From Candidatus Harrisonbacteria bacterium (GTDB lineage: Bacteria > Patescibacteriota > Minisyncoccia > UBA6257 > 1-14-0-10-40-38): a DNA stretch of 64,000 bases. Below are positions 1-8,278 of this stretch, one piece after another. The notes under the pieces were generated by a model. That model made no database searches and was not told the DNA's origin. It was given only the letters and a program-made list of their open reading frames with translations. The stretch spans positions 719 to 64,718 of the forward strand of contig JAHFLD010000001.1 of assembly GCA_023245035.1 (NCBI GenBank). Reading direction: 5' to 3'. Position 1 is the stretch's first letter. Each line of letters opens with the position of its first letter. The position numbers and the translations under genes were made by a program.

Positions 1-1136
1 TTATGGAGGTAATTGAATCTTCCATCGCTGCCGCCTATAAAAAAGAATACGAAAAGAAGAGCGAAATAATCAAAGCGAAGTTTGATCAAAAAACCGGCAG
101 CTTGAATTTTTGGCAGATAAAAACCGTAGTCACCGAAGACATGGTACGAATGGTTAGCGAAGACGAGGAAGAGCCATCCGCGCCAGTAAACGATGTCGGC
201 ATTGCCGAAGAAGAAAAACTGCCTCGATACAACCCCGACCGACACATCTTGCTTAATGAAGCAAAGAAAATAAAACCAGACGCGGCTCCCGGCGAGGAAA
301 TGCTATTCGCGCTGGAAACCCACGAGGATTTCGGCCGCATCGCGGCTCAAACCGCCAAACAAGTCATTCTGCAAAAACTACGAGAAGCGGAACGCGACTC
401 GGTACTCAAGGAATTTCAAAATCGCGAGGGTGAAATAGTAAGTGGCGTTGTCCAGCGATTTGACCAGGGCAACGTCTTTATCGATCTAGGACGCGCGAGC
501 GGAATTATGTTCTACAACGAGACCATTCCCGGAGAGCACTACCGCCCCGGCGAGCGACTCCGCTTCCTTATAGTCAGTATTCAAAATGAAACTAGAATCC
601 CGGGGATTATCTTGTCGCGATCCCATCCGCGCTTTATCGAAAAACTTTTCGCGCTAGAAGTGCCGGAAGTTTCCGATGGCATGATAGAGGTTAAATCCAT
701 CGCTCGCGAGCCGGGAAGCCGAACCAAAATCGCCGTCGTCTCCAAAAACAATATGGTAGACCCGGTAGGCTCCTGCGTTGGGCCGCGTGGCACTCGGGTT
801 ATGGCCGTCTCCAATGAAATCGGCCAAGAGAAAATTGACATCATTCCTTGGTCTGAAGAACCGACTGAATTTATCTCCAACGCCTTATCTCCGGCTAAAG
901 TAAAAGAAGTCAAAATTCTACCACACCGCGAAGCTCAAGTTTTCGTACCCGAAGATCAATTAAGTTTGGCTATCGGGCGCGGCGGCCAAAACGTGCGCCT
1001 CGCCGCCAAATTAACCGGTTGGAAGATTGACGTTCGCTCGGAAGCCCGACCCAACGAGATTAATATGGAAGGAATCGCTCAAACCGATCACCAACCGGAA
1101 TCACCCAAAGAAAAAGTCGTCAAAGATAACAAATAA
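1..1136 (+). CDS. nusA: Transcription termination/antitermination factor NusA, 5'-truncated by the window edge.
   Basis: S1 and KH-domain-like sequence ([10 protein letters not shown]...[15 protein letters not shown]) with a C-terminal acidic tail. The N-terminus aligns to an internal part of NusA, so the gene starts upstream of the window. Confidence 0.85.
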   Translation, partial: MEVIESSIAAAYKKEYEKKSEIIKAKFDQKTGSLNFWQIKTVVTEDMVRMVSEDEEEPSAPVNDVGIAEEEKLPRYNPDRHILLNEAKKIKPDAAPGEEMLFALETHEDFGRIAAQTAKQVILQKLREAERDSVLKEFQNREGEIVSGVVQRFDQGNVFIDLGRASGIMFYNETIPGEHYRPGERLRFLIVSIQNETRIPGIILSRSHPRFIEKLFALEVPEVSDGMIEVKSIAREPGSRTKIAVVSKNNMVDPVGSCVGPRGTRVMAVSNEIGQEKIDIIPWSEEPTEFISNALSPAKVKEVKILPHREAQVFVPEDQLSLAIGRGGQNVRLAAKLTGWKIDVRSEARPNEINMEGIAQTDHQPESPKEKVVKDNK

Positions 1137-1143
1137 TAAGATT

Positions 1144-3126
1144 ATGACTTCATTATATACACTAATATTCGCGCCCATTGCCATCGCTGTTGCTTATAGT
1201 ATCGGTGTCATGTTTTGGTTAAAGAAAAAACCGCAGGGTAATGAAAAAATGCAAGAAATCTCGGCCGCCATCCTTCAAGGATCAAACGCCTACTTAGCTC
1301 GCCAAACCAAAGCCGTGAGCGTAGTGGCGATTGTCCTCGCAATCATACTCTGGTACGCACTCGGTCACATCGTCGCGCTTGGATTCATTATTGGCGCCAT
1401 CGCCTCGGGTATCGCCGGCTATATTGGGATGCAAGTCGCGGTTCGATCCAACGCCCGCACCGCCGCCAGCGCCGAACACGGCATGGGAACCGCTCTTAAC
1501 CTTGCTTTTAAAGCCGGATCGGTAACCGGATTCTTGGTTGTCGCCCTGGGATTGTTAGCTGTGGCCGGATTTTATCTGTGGACTGGAAGCATTGAGGCCT
1601 TAATTGGCTTGAGTTTTGGCGCCAGCTTAATTTCAATCTTCGCTCGTCTGGGCGGTGGTATCTTCACCAAGGCCGCCGATGTCGGCACCGACCTCGTTGG
1701 CAAGGTAGAAGCCGGAATTCCTGAAGATGATCCACGAAATCCAGGTGTTATCGCCGACAACGTCGGTGACAACGTTGGCGATTGCGCCGGTATGGCTGCC
1801 GATCTTTTTGAGACTTATGCCGTAACCTTGACTGCTGCCATCATCTTGGGAGCCGGTACCGTCACCGGTAGCCAAACCGTCTTCCCGCTCGTTTTGGGGA
1901 GTCTCGCTATCATCGCCTCACTCGTCGGCAGTCTGTTCGTAAAACTCGGCAAAAACAAGAAATCCATCATGGGCGCCCTCTATAAAGGGCTTATCGGCTC
2001 CATGGTCATCGCCACGGGACTCTTCTATTGGGCTGCAAAATTTTTCTTTGCCGATAAGTTCCAGCCGGTCTTCTGGAGCTCTGTCGTCGGACTCGTAGTT
2101 ACCGCACTCATGGTACTGATTACCGACTACTATACCGCCAAAAAATATCGTCCGGTAAAATCAATCGCCAAAGCCTCAAACTCCGGACATGGAACCAACA
2201 TTATTATGGGTCTCGCGGTCAGTTTGGAATCAACCGTTCTCCCAATATTGGTGATTGGCGGTGGAATTTTGGCGAGTTACTGGTTTATGGGTCTCTACGG
2301 CATCGCCATCGCCGCCACCTCCATGCTCTCGGTAGCCGGTATTATTGTTGCCATTGACTCCTTTGGCCCAATCACCGACAACGCCGGCGGTATCGCCGAG
2401 ATGTCCCAAGCCCCGCATTCGGTTCGAGTCATCACCGACGCTCTTGATGCCGTCGGCAACACCACCAAGGCGATTACCAAGGGTTATGCCATCGCCTCCG
2501 CCGGACTCGCGGCCCTAGTGCTTTTTGCGGGATATACGGAAAAATTAGCCAGCGGGCTTGGTGGTATCGCGCTTCGCTTTGATCTGGAAAATCCCTATGT
2601 CTTAGTGGGACTTTTCCTCGGTGGCGCCATCCCATACCTCTTCGGTTCCATTGCCATGCGTGCCGTTGGTGTAACCGCCGGAGCGGTAGTGGAAGAAGTT
2701 CGCCGGCAATTTCGGGAAATCAAAGGAATTTTGGAGGGAACCGCTAAACCGGATTACAGTCGAGCGGTTGATATCGTCACCAAGGCCGCTTTGCGAAAAA
2801 TGATCGTACCGGCAGTCTTTCCCATAGTCTGCGTCATCGCCGTGGGACTGCTCCTGGGTGCCGAAGCCCTGGGCGGACTCTTAATTGGCTCCATTATTTC
2901 CGGTCTCTTTATCGGCATCTCAATGACCACCGGTGGCGCCGCTTGGGACAACGCTAAAAAGTATATTGAAGAGGGAAACTATGGCGGCAAGGGATCCGAG
3001 GCTCACAAGGCCGCGGTTACCGGAGATACCGTTGGCGACCCCTACAAGGACACCGCCGGACCGGCCATCAATCCACTCATCAAAGTCATCAACATCGTCG
3101 CCTTGCTTTTGGTTCCGTTTTTGTAG
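1144..3126 (+). CDS. hppA: Membrane-bound proton- (or sodium-)translocating pyrophosphatase (H+-PPase).
   Basis: Polytopic membrane protein with the GGG(I/V)[16 protein letters not shown] and DNVGDNVGD(C/I)AGMAADLFE motifs diagnostic of V-type PPases. ATG at 1144 follows the nusA stop. Confidence 0.9.
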   Translation: MTSLYTLIFAPIAIAVAYSIGVMFWLKKKPQGNEKMQEISAAILQGSNAYLARQTKAVSVVAIVLAIILWYALGHIVALGFIIGAIASGIAGYIGMQVAVRSNARTAASAEHGMGTALNLAFKAGSVTGFLVVALGLLAVAGFYLWTGSIEALIGLSFGASLISIFARLGGGIFTKAADVGTDLVGKVEAGIPEDDPRNPGVIADNVGDNVGDCAGMAADLFETYAVTLTAAIILGAGTVTGSQTVFPLVLGSLAIIASLVGSLFVKLGKNKKSIMGALYKGLIGSMVIATGLFYWAAKFFFADKFQPVFWSSVVGLVVTALMVLITDYYTAKKYRPVKSIAKASNSGHGTNIIMGLAVSLESTVLPILVIGGGILASYWFMGLYGIAIAATSMLSVAGIIVAIDSFGPITDNAGGIAEMSQAPHSVRVITDALDAVGNTTKAITKGYAIASAGLAALVLFAGYTEKLASGLGGIALRFDLENPYVLVGLFLGGAIPYLFGSIAMRAVGVTAGAVVEEVRRQFREIKGILEGTAKPDYSRAVDIVTKAALRKMIVPAVFPIVCVIAVGLLLGAEALGGLLIGSIISGLFIGISMTTGGAAWDNAKKYIEEGNYGGKGSEAHKAAVTGDTVGDPYKDTAGPAINPLIKVINIVALLLVPFL

Positions 3127-3195
3127 ACCAAGATAGATTCAATTGTTTCGCCTTCTGTTCGAATATTCATTATTCGCCGATTATCCTCGCTTATC

Positions 3196-4434
3196 ATGAA
3201 ATCATCCTTCAAAAAAAACTCGGGATCAGAAATCGAAGTCAGTGTAACGCTTGATGCCAAAGAATTCGAAGTTTACTGGAATCGAGCTCTTGAAGAAGCC
3301 CGCGGCAAGCTGGACATTAAAGGTTTTCGCCAGGGAACCGCTCCCACCACCCTGGCCGACCGCTACCTCAATAAAGACGCGGTCTTTGAACGCGCCGCGA
3401 ACACCGCGGTTCGAGCCACGCTCAACAGCATCGCCCTGGAAAACGAATGGACTCTTATCGACACGCCAAAAGTTGAGCTATTGGAAAATCAAAAAGATAA
3501 TGAATTGGGACTTACCTACAAAACCCAAATCACCATCTTGCCCCAAGTAAATCTCGGAGAATATAAAAAAACAGCCAAAAAAATCCTGGCCGAGAAAAAA
3601 CCAGTCGTGGTAGCTGAAGCGGAAATCGATAAATCGCTCAAATGGATACTCGAGTCGCGAGCCACGCAAGTCGCCGTCAGCAGAGACTCAAAAAAGGGAG
3701 ATGTGATTGAGATCGATGTTATTACCGAATGCGAAGGCAAATTAGTTCCCAACGCCCAGCTCAAAAAAGAAAAATTCACGATAGGGGAGAGTCAATTTAT
3801 ACCCGGCTTTGATGAACAACTCGAAAACCGCAAATCAGGCCAAGAAATCAGCTTTGAACTCAAAACACCCCAAGATTATTGGAATAAGGATCTCCAAAAC
3901 AAAACCCTGTCTTTCAAAATCCAGATTCATGGAGTCTACGAAAAGACTTTACCGGCTTTAGATGAAGCCTTTGCCCAAAGCTTGGGACCGGAATTCAAAA
4001 CCGTAGCCGATCTGCGCCAGAGTATAAAGACCGGCATTCTGGAAGAAAAGGAAGAAAAGGAAAGACAGCGTCTCCACTTAAAAATTCTGGAGGAAATTGC
4101 CCGCGACGCCAAGATAGACATCCCGGAAATCATGATTGAAAAAACCGTGAGCAACATGAGCTCCGACTACGGCGCCATGCTCGCCAAAACCGGAAAATCC
4201 GCCGAAGAAATAAAAACCACTCTCCGCCCCCAAGCCGTAAAAAGCATTGAGCACAACCTCATTATCCACGCCATCGCCCAACTCGAAAATCTAGCGCCGA
4301 CGCCGGAAGAAGTCGCCGCCGCGACTGCCAGCTACAAACATCAGGGGAAAATTGACCCCCGGGAGGCCTACGATTATAGTTATGGTGTTCTGCAAAACAA
4401 AAAAGTCTTTCAATTTTTTGATCAACTTAAATAA
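3196..4434 (+). CDS. tig: Trigger factor (ribosome-associated chaperone / PPIase).
   Basis: N-terminal ribosome-binding region with a GFR(Q/K)GxxP motif, a central FKBP-like segment, and the conserved tig-clpP gene order. Confidence 0.8.
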   Translation: MKSSFKKNSGSEIEVSVTLDAKEFEVYWNRALEEARGKLDIKGFRQGTAPTTLADRYLNKDAVFERAANTAVRATLNSIALENEWTLIDTPKVELLENQKDNELGLTYKTQITILPQVNLGEYKKTAKKILAEKKPVVVAEAEIDKSLKWILESRATQVAVSRDSKKGDVIEIDVITECEGKLVPNAQLKKEKFTIGESQFIPGFDEQLENRKSGQEISFELKTPQDYWNKDLQNKTLSFKIQIHGVYEKTLPALDEAFAQSLGPEFKTVADLRQSIKTGILEEKEEKERQRLHLKILEEIARDAKIDIPEIMIEKTVSNMSSDYGAMLAKTGKSAEEIKTTLRPQAVKSIEHNLIIHAIAQLENLAPTPEEVAAATASYKHQGKIDPREAYDYSYGVLQNKKVFQFFDQLK

Positions 4435-4436
4435 TC

Positions 4437-5048
4437 ATGAACAAAAAAGAAGTTGTCACCAATGAATATCTGATTCCAACCGTCATCGAAAAATCCCAAT
4501 TTGGCGAACGAGCCTACGACATCTACTCCCGCCTGCTCAAAGAACGGATTATTTTTCTTGGCGGACCGATTAACGACGGCATCGCCAATATCGTCATCGC
4601 CCAGTTACTATTCTTGGAACACGAAGATCCCAAAAAAGAAATCAAGCTCTACATCAACAGCCCCGGCGGATCGGTGACTGCCGGCCTGGCAATTTACGAC
4701 GCCATCCAATACGTCAAACCGGAAGTCTCCACCATCTGCGTCGGCCTCGCTGCCTCCATGGGCGCGGTGCTTCTGGGCGCCGGCGCCAAGGGTAAACGAC
4801 TCGCTCTGCCAAATTGTGAAATTCTACTCCACCAAATCATGGGCGGAGCCGAAGGACAAGCGATAGAGATTGATATTACCGCTCGTCAAATCATCAAGCT
4901 CAAAACCAGGTTGAACCAAATTATCGCGCGCCACACCGGTCAATCGCTAAACAAAATAGAAAAGGATACCGATCGCGACTTCTATCTCACAGCCGACGAA
5001 GCCAAAGAATACGGCCTCATCGACGAGATTATCAAGACCAAAAAATAA
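4437..5048 (+). CDS. clpP: ATP-dependent Clp protease proteolytic subunit.
   Basis: [25 protein letters not shown] and catalytic Ser/His-context motifs; lies directly after tig. Confidence 0.92.
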   Translation: MNKKEVVTNEYLIPTVIEKSQFGERAYDIYSRLLKERIIFLGGPINDGIANIVIAQLLFLEHEDPKKEIKLYINSPGGSVTAGLAIYDAIQYVKPEVSTICVGLAASMGAVLLGAGAKGKRLALPNCEILLHQIMGGAEGQAIEIDITARQIIKLKTRLNQIIARHTGQSLNKIEKDTDRDFYLTADEAKEYGLIDEIIKTKK

Positions 5049-5085
5049 AACCCCACGCTTAGAATTCCATAAAAAAGCCATCAAG

Positions 5086-6300
5086 ATGATCACTCCCATT
5101 CTCGACGAAAAATTAGTCAAAGAAACTCTGGAGCGGGGGATTGAACGCATCTATCCTTCAACATCCGGCCTGGAAAACGCCCTCCAAAGCGGGAAGCCAC
5201 TGCGCTTTTATTACGGCATTGACCCTACTAGTCCAAACCTCCACCTTGGCCACACGATACCTCTTTTCATTTTGCGTCGTCTCCAAAAACTCGGTCACGA
5301 GATCACCATTTTGATTGGGGATTTTACCGCGATGATCGGCGACCCAACGGAAAAGTCACAAACTCGCGTCCAATTAAGCGAGGGCGAGGTCAAGGAAAAT
5401 CTCAAGACCTACAAGAAACAGCTGGCCAAGGTAATTGATTTTTCCGGCCCCAATCCGGCCAGAATTAAATTTAATTCTAAATGGCTTAAAAAACTTTCTC
5501 TCTCGGATGTTATCCGTCTCGCCGCCAACACCACCGTTCAGCAAATGATCCAGCGAGACATGTTTCAAGACCGCATAAAGCACGAATTGCCGATCGGTCT
5601 TCATGAGTTTCTCTACCCGCTCCTGCAGGGCTATGACTCCGTGGCTTTGGATACCGACGGCGAGATTGGCGGCAACGACCAAACTTTTAACATGCTGGTT
5701 GGTCGCGACTTGCTAAAAACCTACCGCCAAAAAGAAAAATTTGTCATCGCCGCCAAACTGCTCGTCAATCCCAAAACCGGCAAAAAAATGAGCAAGACCG
5801 AGGGTGAGGTCATTAACCTCGCCGACGAACCGGAAATAATTTTTGGCAAAATCATGGCCCAAGAAGATGGCCTTATTTTGCCGCTTGCCGAATTGGCCAC
5901 CGAACTACCGATGGAGCGAATACGCGCGATTGAAGCCGAAATCAAATCCGGCAAGAATCCGCGCGACGCCAAAATGGAAATCGCGGGAGCAATCGTGGAA
6001 TTGCTTTATAGCAAAGAAGCGGCCAAACGCGCCAAACGAGAATTCGTCAAAGTTTTCAGAGAAAAAAAAGCGCCCTCGGCGATGAAAGAAATCAAACCGA
6101 CCAGCAATCCGATAGCCCTACTGGATCTCGTAATGCAAAGTGGCTTCGCGGATAGCAAGAGCGCCGCCCGTCGCTTGATAGAACAAGGAGCGGTGCGTCT
6201 TGATGACGCAAAAAAAACCGACTCCGAGGAACTCATCTCAATTGCCAAAAAAACGGTCCTGCAAGTCGGCCCGCGAAATTTTATTCGAATTTCTCCATAA
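5086..6300 (+). CDS. tyrS: Tyrosyl-tRNA synthetase.
   Basis: Class I HLGH motif (PNLHLGHTIP), KMSKT(S) motif, and a C-terminal S4 domain (AARRLIEQGAVRLD). Confidence 0.9.
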   Translation: MITPILDEKLVKETLERGIERIYPSTSGLENALQSGKPLRFYYGIDPTSPNLHLGHTIPLFILRRLQKLGHEITILIGDFTAMIGDPTEKSQTRVQLSEGEVKENLKTYKKQLAKVIDFSGPNPARIKFNSKWLKKLSLSDVIRLAANTTVQQMIQRDMFQDRIKHELPIGLHEFLYPLLQGYDSVALDTDGEIGGNDQTFNMLVGRDLLKTYRQKEKFVIAAKLLVNPKTGKKMSKTEGEVINLADEPEIIFGKIMAQEDGLILPLAELATELPMERIRAIEAEIKSGKNPRDAKMEIAGAIVELLYSKEAAKRAKREFVKVFREKKAPSAMKEIKPTSNPIALLDLVMQSGFADSKSAARRLIEQGAVRLDDAKKTDSEELISIAKKTVLQVGPRNFIRISP

Positions 6301-6360
6301 GCAGCATCCAATACTCGCTGAAAAACATTTTGCCCTTCCAAAGCTAGCAACTATATTTTT

Positions 6361-6378
6361 GAGCGGGTAAGGGGAATC
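6361..6378 (-). repeat. 18-nt direct repeat of the tRNA-Trp 3' end (gagcgggtaaggggaatc), 196 bp downstream of the tRNA in its own orientation.
   Basis: Identical 18-mer at 6361-6378 and 6557-6574. The intervening 183 bp holds a perfect 22-nt palindrome (6392-6413) and two further hairpins. Confidence 0.6.
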
Positions 6379-6512
6379 TCACACGTCGCTTCCCTGCCTG
6401 CCGGCAGGCAGGGCTCCTTTTCAAACCCCTCGGTTTGAATAATTCCGCCACGGGAAAACTGTAGTTTTCCCGACCCCTTTCCTCTTCGATTCCCCTCATT
6501 TACTAGCACAAG

Positions 6513-6542
6513 TCTAAAAACAAAACCCGCACTAAGGGCGGG
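6513..6542 (-). terminator. Rho-independent terminator of tRNA-Trp.
   Basis: On the minus strand, CCCGC-loop-GCGGG is followed by TTTTGTTTTT, immediately 3' of the tRNA. Confidence 0.6.
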
Positions 6543-6557
6543 AATTGTTTTTAGATG

Positions 6558-6628
6558 AGCGGGTAAGGGGAATCGAACCCCTGTCAACAGGTTGGAAACC
6601 TGTGGTATTGCCACTATACTATACCCGC
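6558..6628 (-). tRNA. trnW: tRNA-Trp (anticodon CCA).
   Basis: Hand-folded cloverleaf: acceptor GCGGGTA/TACCCGC, D-stem GTAT/ATAC, anticodon stem ACAGG/CCTGT with loop TTTCCAA, T-arm AGGGG-TTCGATT-CCCCT. CCA is not encoded. Confidence 0.9.
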
Positions 6629-6680
6629 AAAAAGATCAGATATTTGCTTAATATCTTACTTTTTTCCTATAATAATTTCA

Positions 6681-7280
6681 ATGTCTAAACGGCAAAAGCT
6701 CACTCTGGCGATCGTTGCCGGATTCATTGGTATTGGCGGCGGGGTCTATCTTGCCGCTCGTCTTTTGATACCCACCGCCTACATCCCGCCGGTATTTTCC
6801 GAAGCGCGGATTAACGGCGCAGGCTTTGCCAAAAATATCGTCTCCCTTTTGGAAGAGTCAGTGCGTCATCTTCAAGAGATTGCCGCTTTTGACAGGGAAG
6901 GCAACGCGCCAGAGGCCCTAACCTTGATCTCGCAGGAGGTCATCAAAAACCGAAACATCCAACAAGAAGCCATCAAACTATCCTCGGAGTTGGAAAAAAT
7001 GGCGCGAGCCATCCCCGAAGTCCGCCCCGATTCAGCTCGTTTCGCGGCCACCGAAGCTTTGAGTTCCGAAATCGCCCTCGTTAGCCACCTACTAAACTAC
7101 ACCGCCGCCCTGCGCGAGCTATTTGATGTCTTGCGTTCAAAACTCAACCGAACAACGGCCACCGAAGAACAAGTGCGCAGTCTTATCGCCGGCATCAACC
7201 GTGAAGCCGAAGCCATCAACGATCTCAATCAGAAGTTTAACAACGCCTTGCAGGAATTAGACAACGCCATCTTAAAATAA
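6681..7280 (+). CDS. Hypothetical protein with an N-terminal transmembrane anchor.
   Basis: 199-aa ORF with a TATAAT-like box at 6668; hydrophobic N-terminus (LTLAIVAGFIGIGGGVYLAA). No recognisable domain. Confidence 0.45.
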   Translation: MSKRQKLTLAIVAGFIGIGGGVYLAARLLIPTAYIPPVFSEARINGAGFAKNIVSLLEESVRHLQEIAAFDREGNAPEALTLISQEVIKNRNIQQEAIKLSSELEKMARAIPEVRPDSARFAATEALSSEIALVSHLLNYTAALRELFDVLRSKLNRTTATEEQVRSLIAGINREAEAINDLNQKFNNALQELDNAILK

Positions 7281-7322
7281 GCTCGCTGGTAGTTCGCCTT
7301 AGAATCTGATATAAAAAGATAA

Positions 7323-7393
7323 CGGAGAGTAGTGTAATGGTAGCACGAGTCCTTTGGGAGGATTTAGTTCGGGTTCGAATCCCGGCTCTCCGA
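7323..7393 (+). tRNA. trnP: tRNA-Pro (anticodon TGG).
   Basis: Acceptor CGGAGAG/CTCTCCG, anticodon stem AGTCC/GGATT with loop TTTGGGA (G37), T-arm TCGGG-TTCGAAT-CCCGG. No encoded CCA. Confidence 0.88.
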
Positions 7394-7394
7394 C

Positions 7395-7469
7395 GCCCTT
7401 GTAGCTTAATGGATAAAGCAGGACTCTTCTAAGGTCTTGATGGGGGTTCGATTCCCTCCGAGGGCACCA
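7395..7469 (+). tRNA. trnR: tRNA-Arg (anticodon TCT), CCA encoded.
   Basis: Acceptor GCCCTTG/CGAGGGC, D-stem GCTT/AAGC, anticodon loop CTTCTAA, T-arm GGGGG-TTCGATT-CCCTC, then A-CCA. It starts 1 nt after tRNA-Pro. Confidence 0.88.
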
Positions 7470-7486
7470 AGATCTGACTTTCCACG

Positions 7487-7942
7487 ATGAACACCTGTAT
7501 TTTTTGCAAAATAGTTAAGGGCGAAATGCCAGCCCACAAAATTTGGGAGGATGAAAAACATCTGGCCTTTCTTTCTATCTTCCCAAACACTAAGGGATTT
7601 TCGGTAGTCATCGCCAAAGAACACTACCCATCGTACGCTTTTGATTTACCGGAAAAGGTTTTAAGCGACTTGATAATCGCCACTAAAAAGGTGGCAAAAT
7701 TGCTTGATGCGAAATTAAAAGATGTTGGGCGCACCGGTATGATTTTTGAAGGCTTCGGCGTTGATCACATCCACGCCAAACTTTTCCCGATGCACGGCAC
7801 CAACATTCCGGAATGGCGCCCGCTAAAATCAAACATTGCAAAGTATTTTGAAAAATATGAAGGATACATCTCATCTCACGACTACAAACGAGCTGATGAT
7901 GCGCAGCTCGCAGAGCTCGCCAAAAAAATAAGAGAAGGCTAA
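7487..7942 (+). CDS. HIT-family (histidine triad) nucleotide hydrolase.
   Basis: N-terminal C-I-F-C-K-I motif and a histidine triad (GVDHIHAKLFP). Confidence 0.8.
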   Translation: MNTCIFCKIVKGEMPAHKIWEDEKHLAFLSIFPNTKGFSVVIAKEHYPSYAFDLPEKVLSDLIIATKKVAKLLDAKLKDVGRTGMIFEGFGVDHIHAKLFPMHGTNIPEWRPLKSNIAKYFEKYEGYISSHDYKRADDAQLAELAKKIREG

Positions 7943-7954
7943 TAAAAACACTCA

Positions 7955-8190
7955 AAACCACTTGCTCTAGATTTTTTGATAGAGCAAGGCGTGAACTAGG
8001 AAGCGAGTTGTCTATGCAAGGTCAGCTCTCTGGTTTCGATGGTTTTTGCCGCGCTACGAGGCGCGGATGAGTATCCGACGGAGCCGTATAAATCTTATAC
8101 GGCGACAAGGAAGGGAAGCCGCAACAAAGTAGCGCGGCAAGAATACAAGAAACCACTTGCGCCAGATTTTTTGATAGAGCAAGGCGCGAG
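7955..8190. repeat. Pair of about 40-nt direct repeats (7955-7993 and 8150-8190), each containing a hairpin, flanking GC-rich palindromes in the convergent HIT/nrdJ intergenic region.
   Basis: Consensus aaaccacttgc...agattttttgatagagcaaggcg(t/c)ga; copy 1 folds as CTTGCTCTA-loop-TAGAGCAAG. Between the copies: GCCGTATAA-atc-TTATACGGC, and the distant complementary pair GCCGCGCTAC / GTAGCGCGGC. Confidence 0.5.
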
Positions 8191-8278
8191 TGAGCACCAA
8201 ACCGAGCTGTGCTAAGTCAAGCACAGCGAGGGCGGAGCGGAACGAGCAACGTGGCTATATCAAAAAAGATAAGCAAGA

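Noticed and set aside
6351-6614. Minus-strand ORF of 87 aa, and a possible second tRNA at 6361-6450.
   Set aside because: The ORF overlaps tRNA-Trp and its palindromes. The 6361-6450 segment shares only the last 18 nt with tRNA-Trp and cannot be folded into a cloverleaf.
7943-8278. Cobalamin riboswitch associated with the B12-dependent RNR.
   Set aside because: The region is 3' of nrdJ, and I could not recognise a B12-box core. Riboswitches normally control B12-independent isozymes. It is kept only as a generic structured region.
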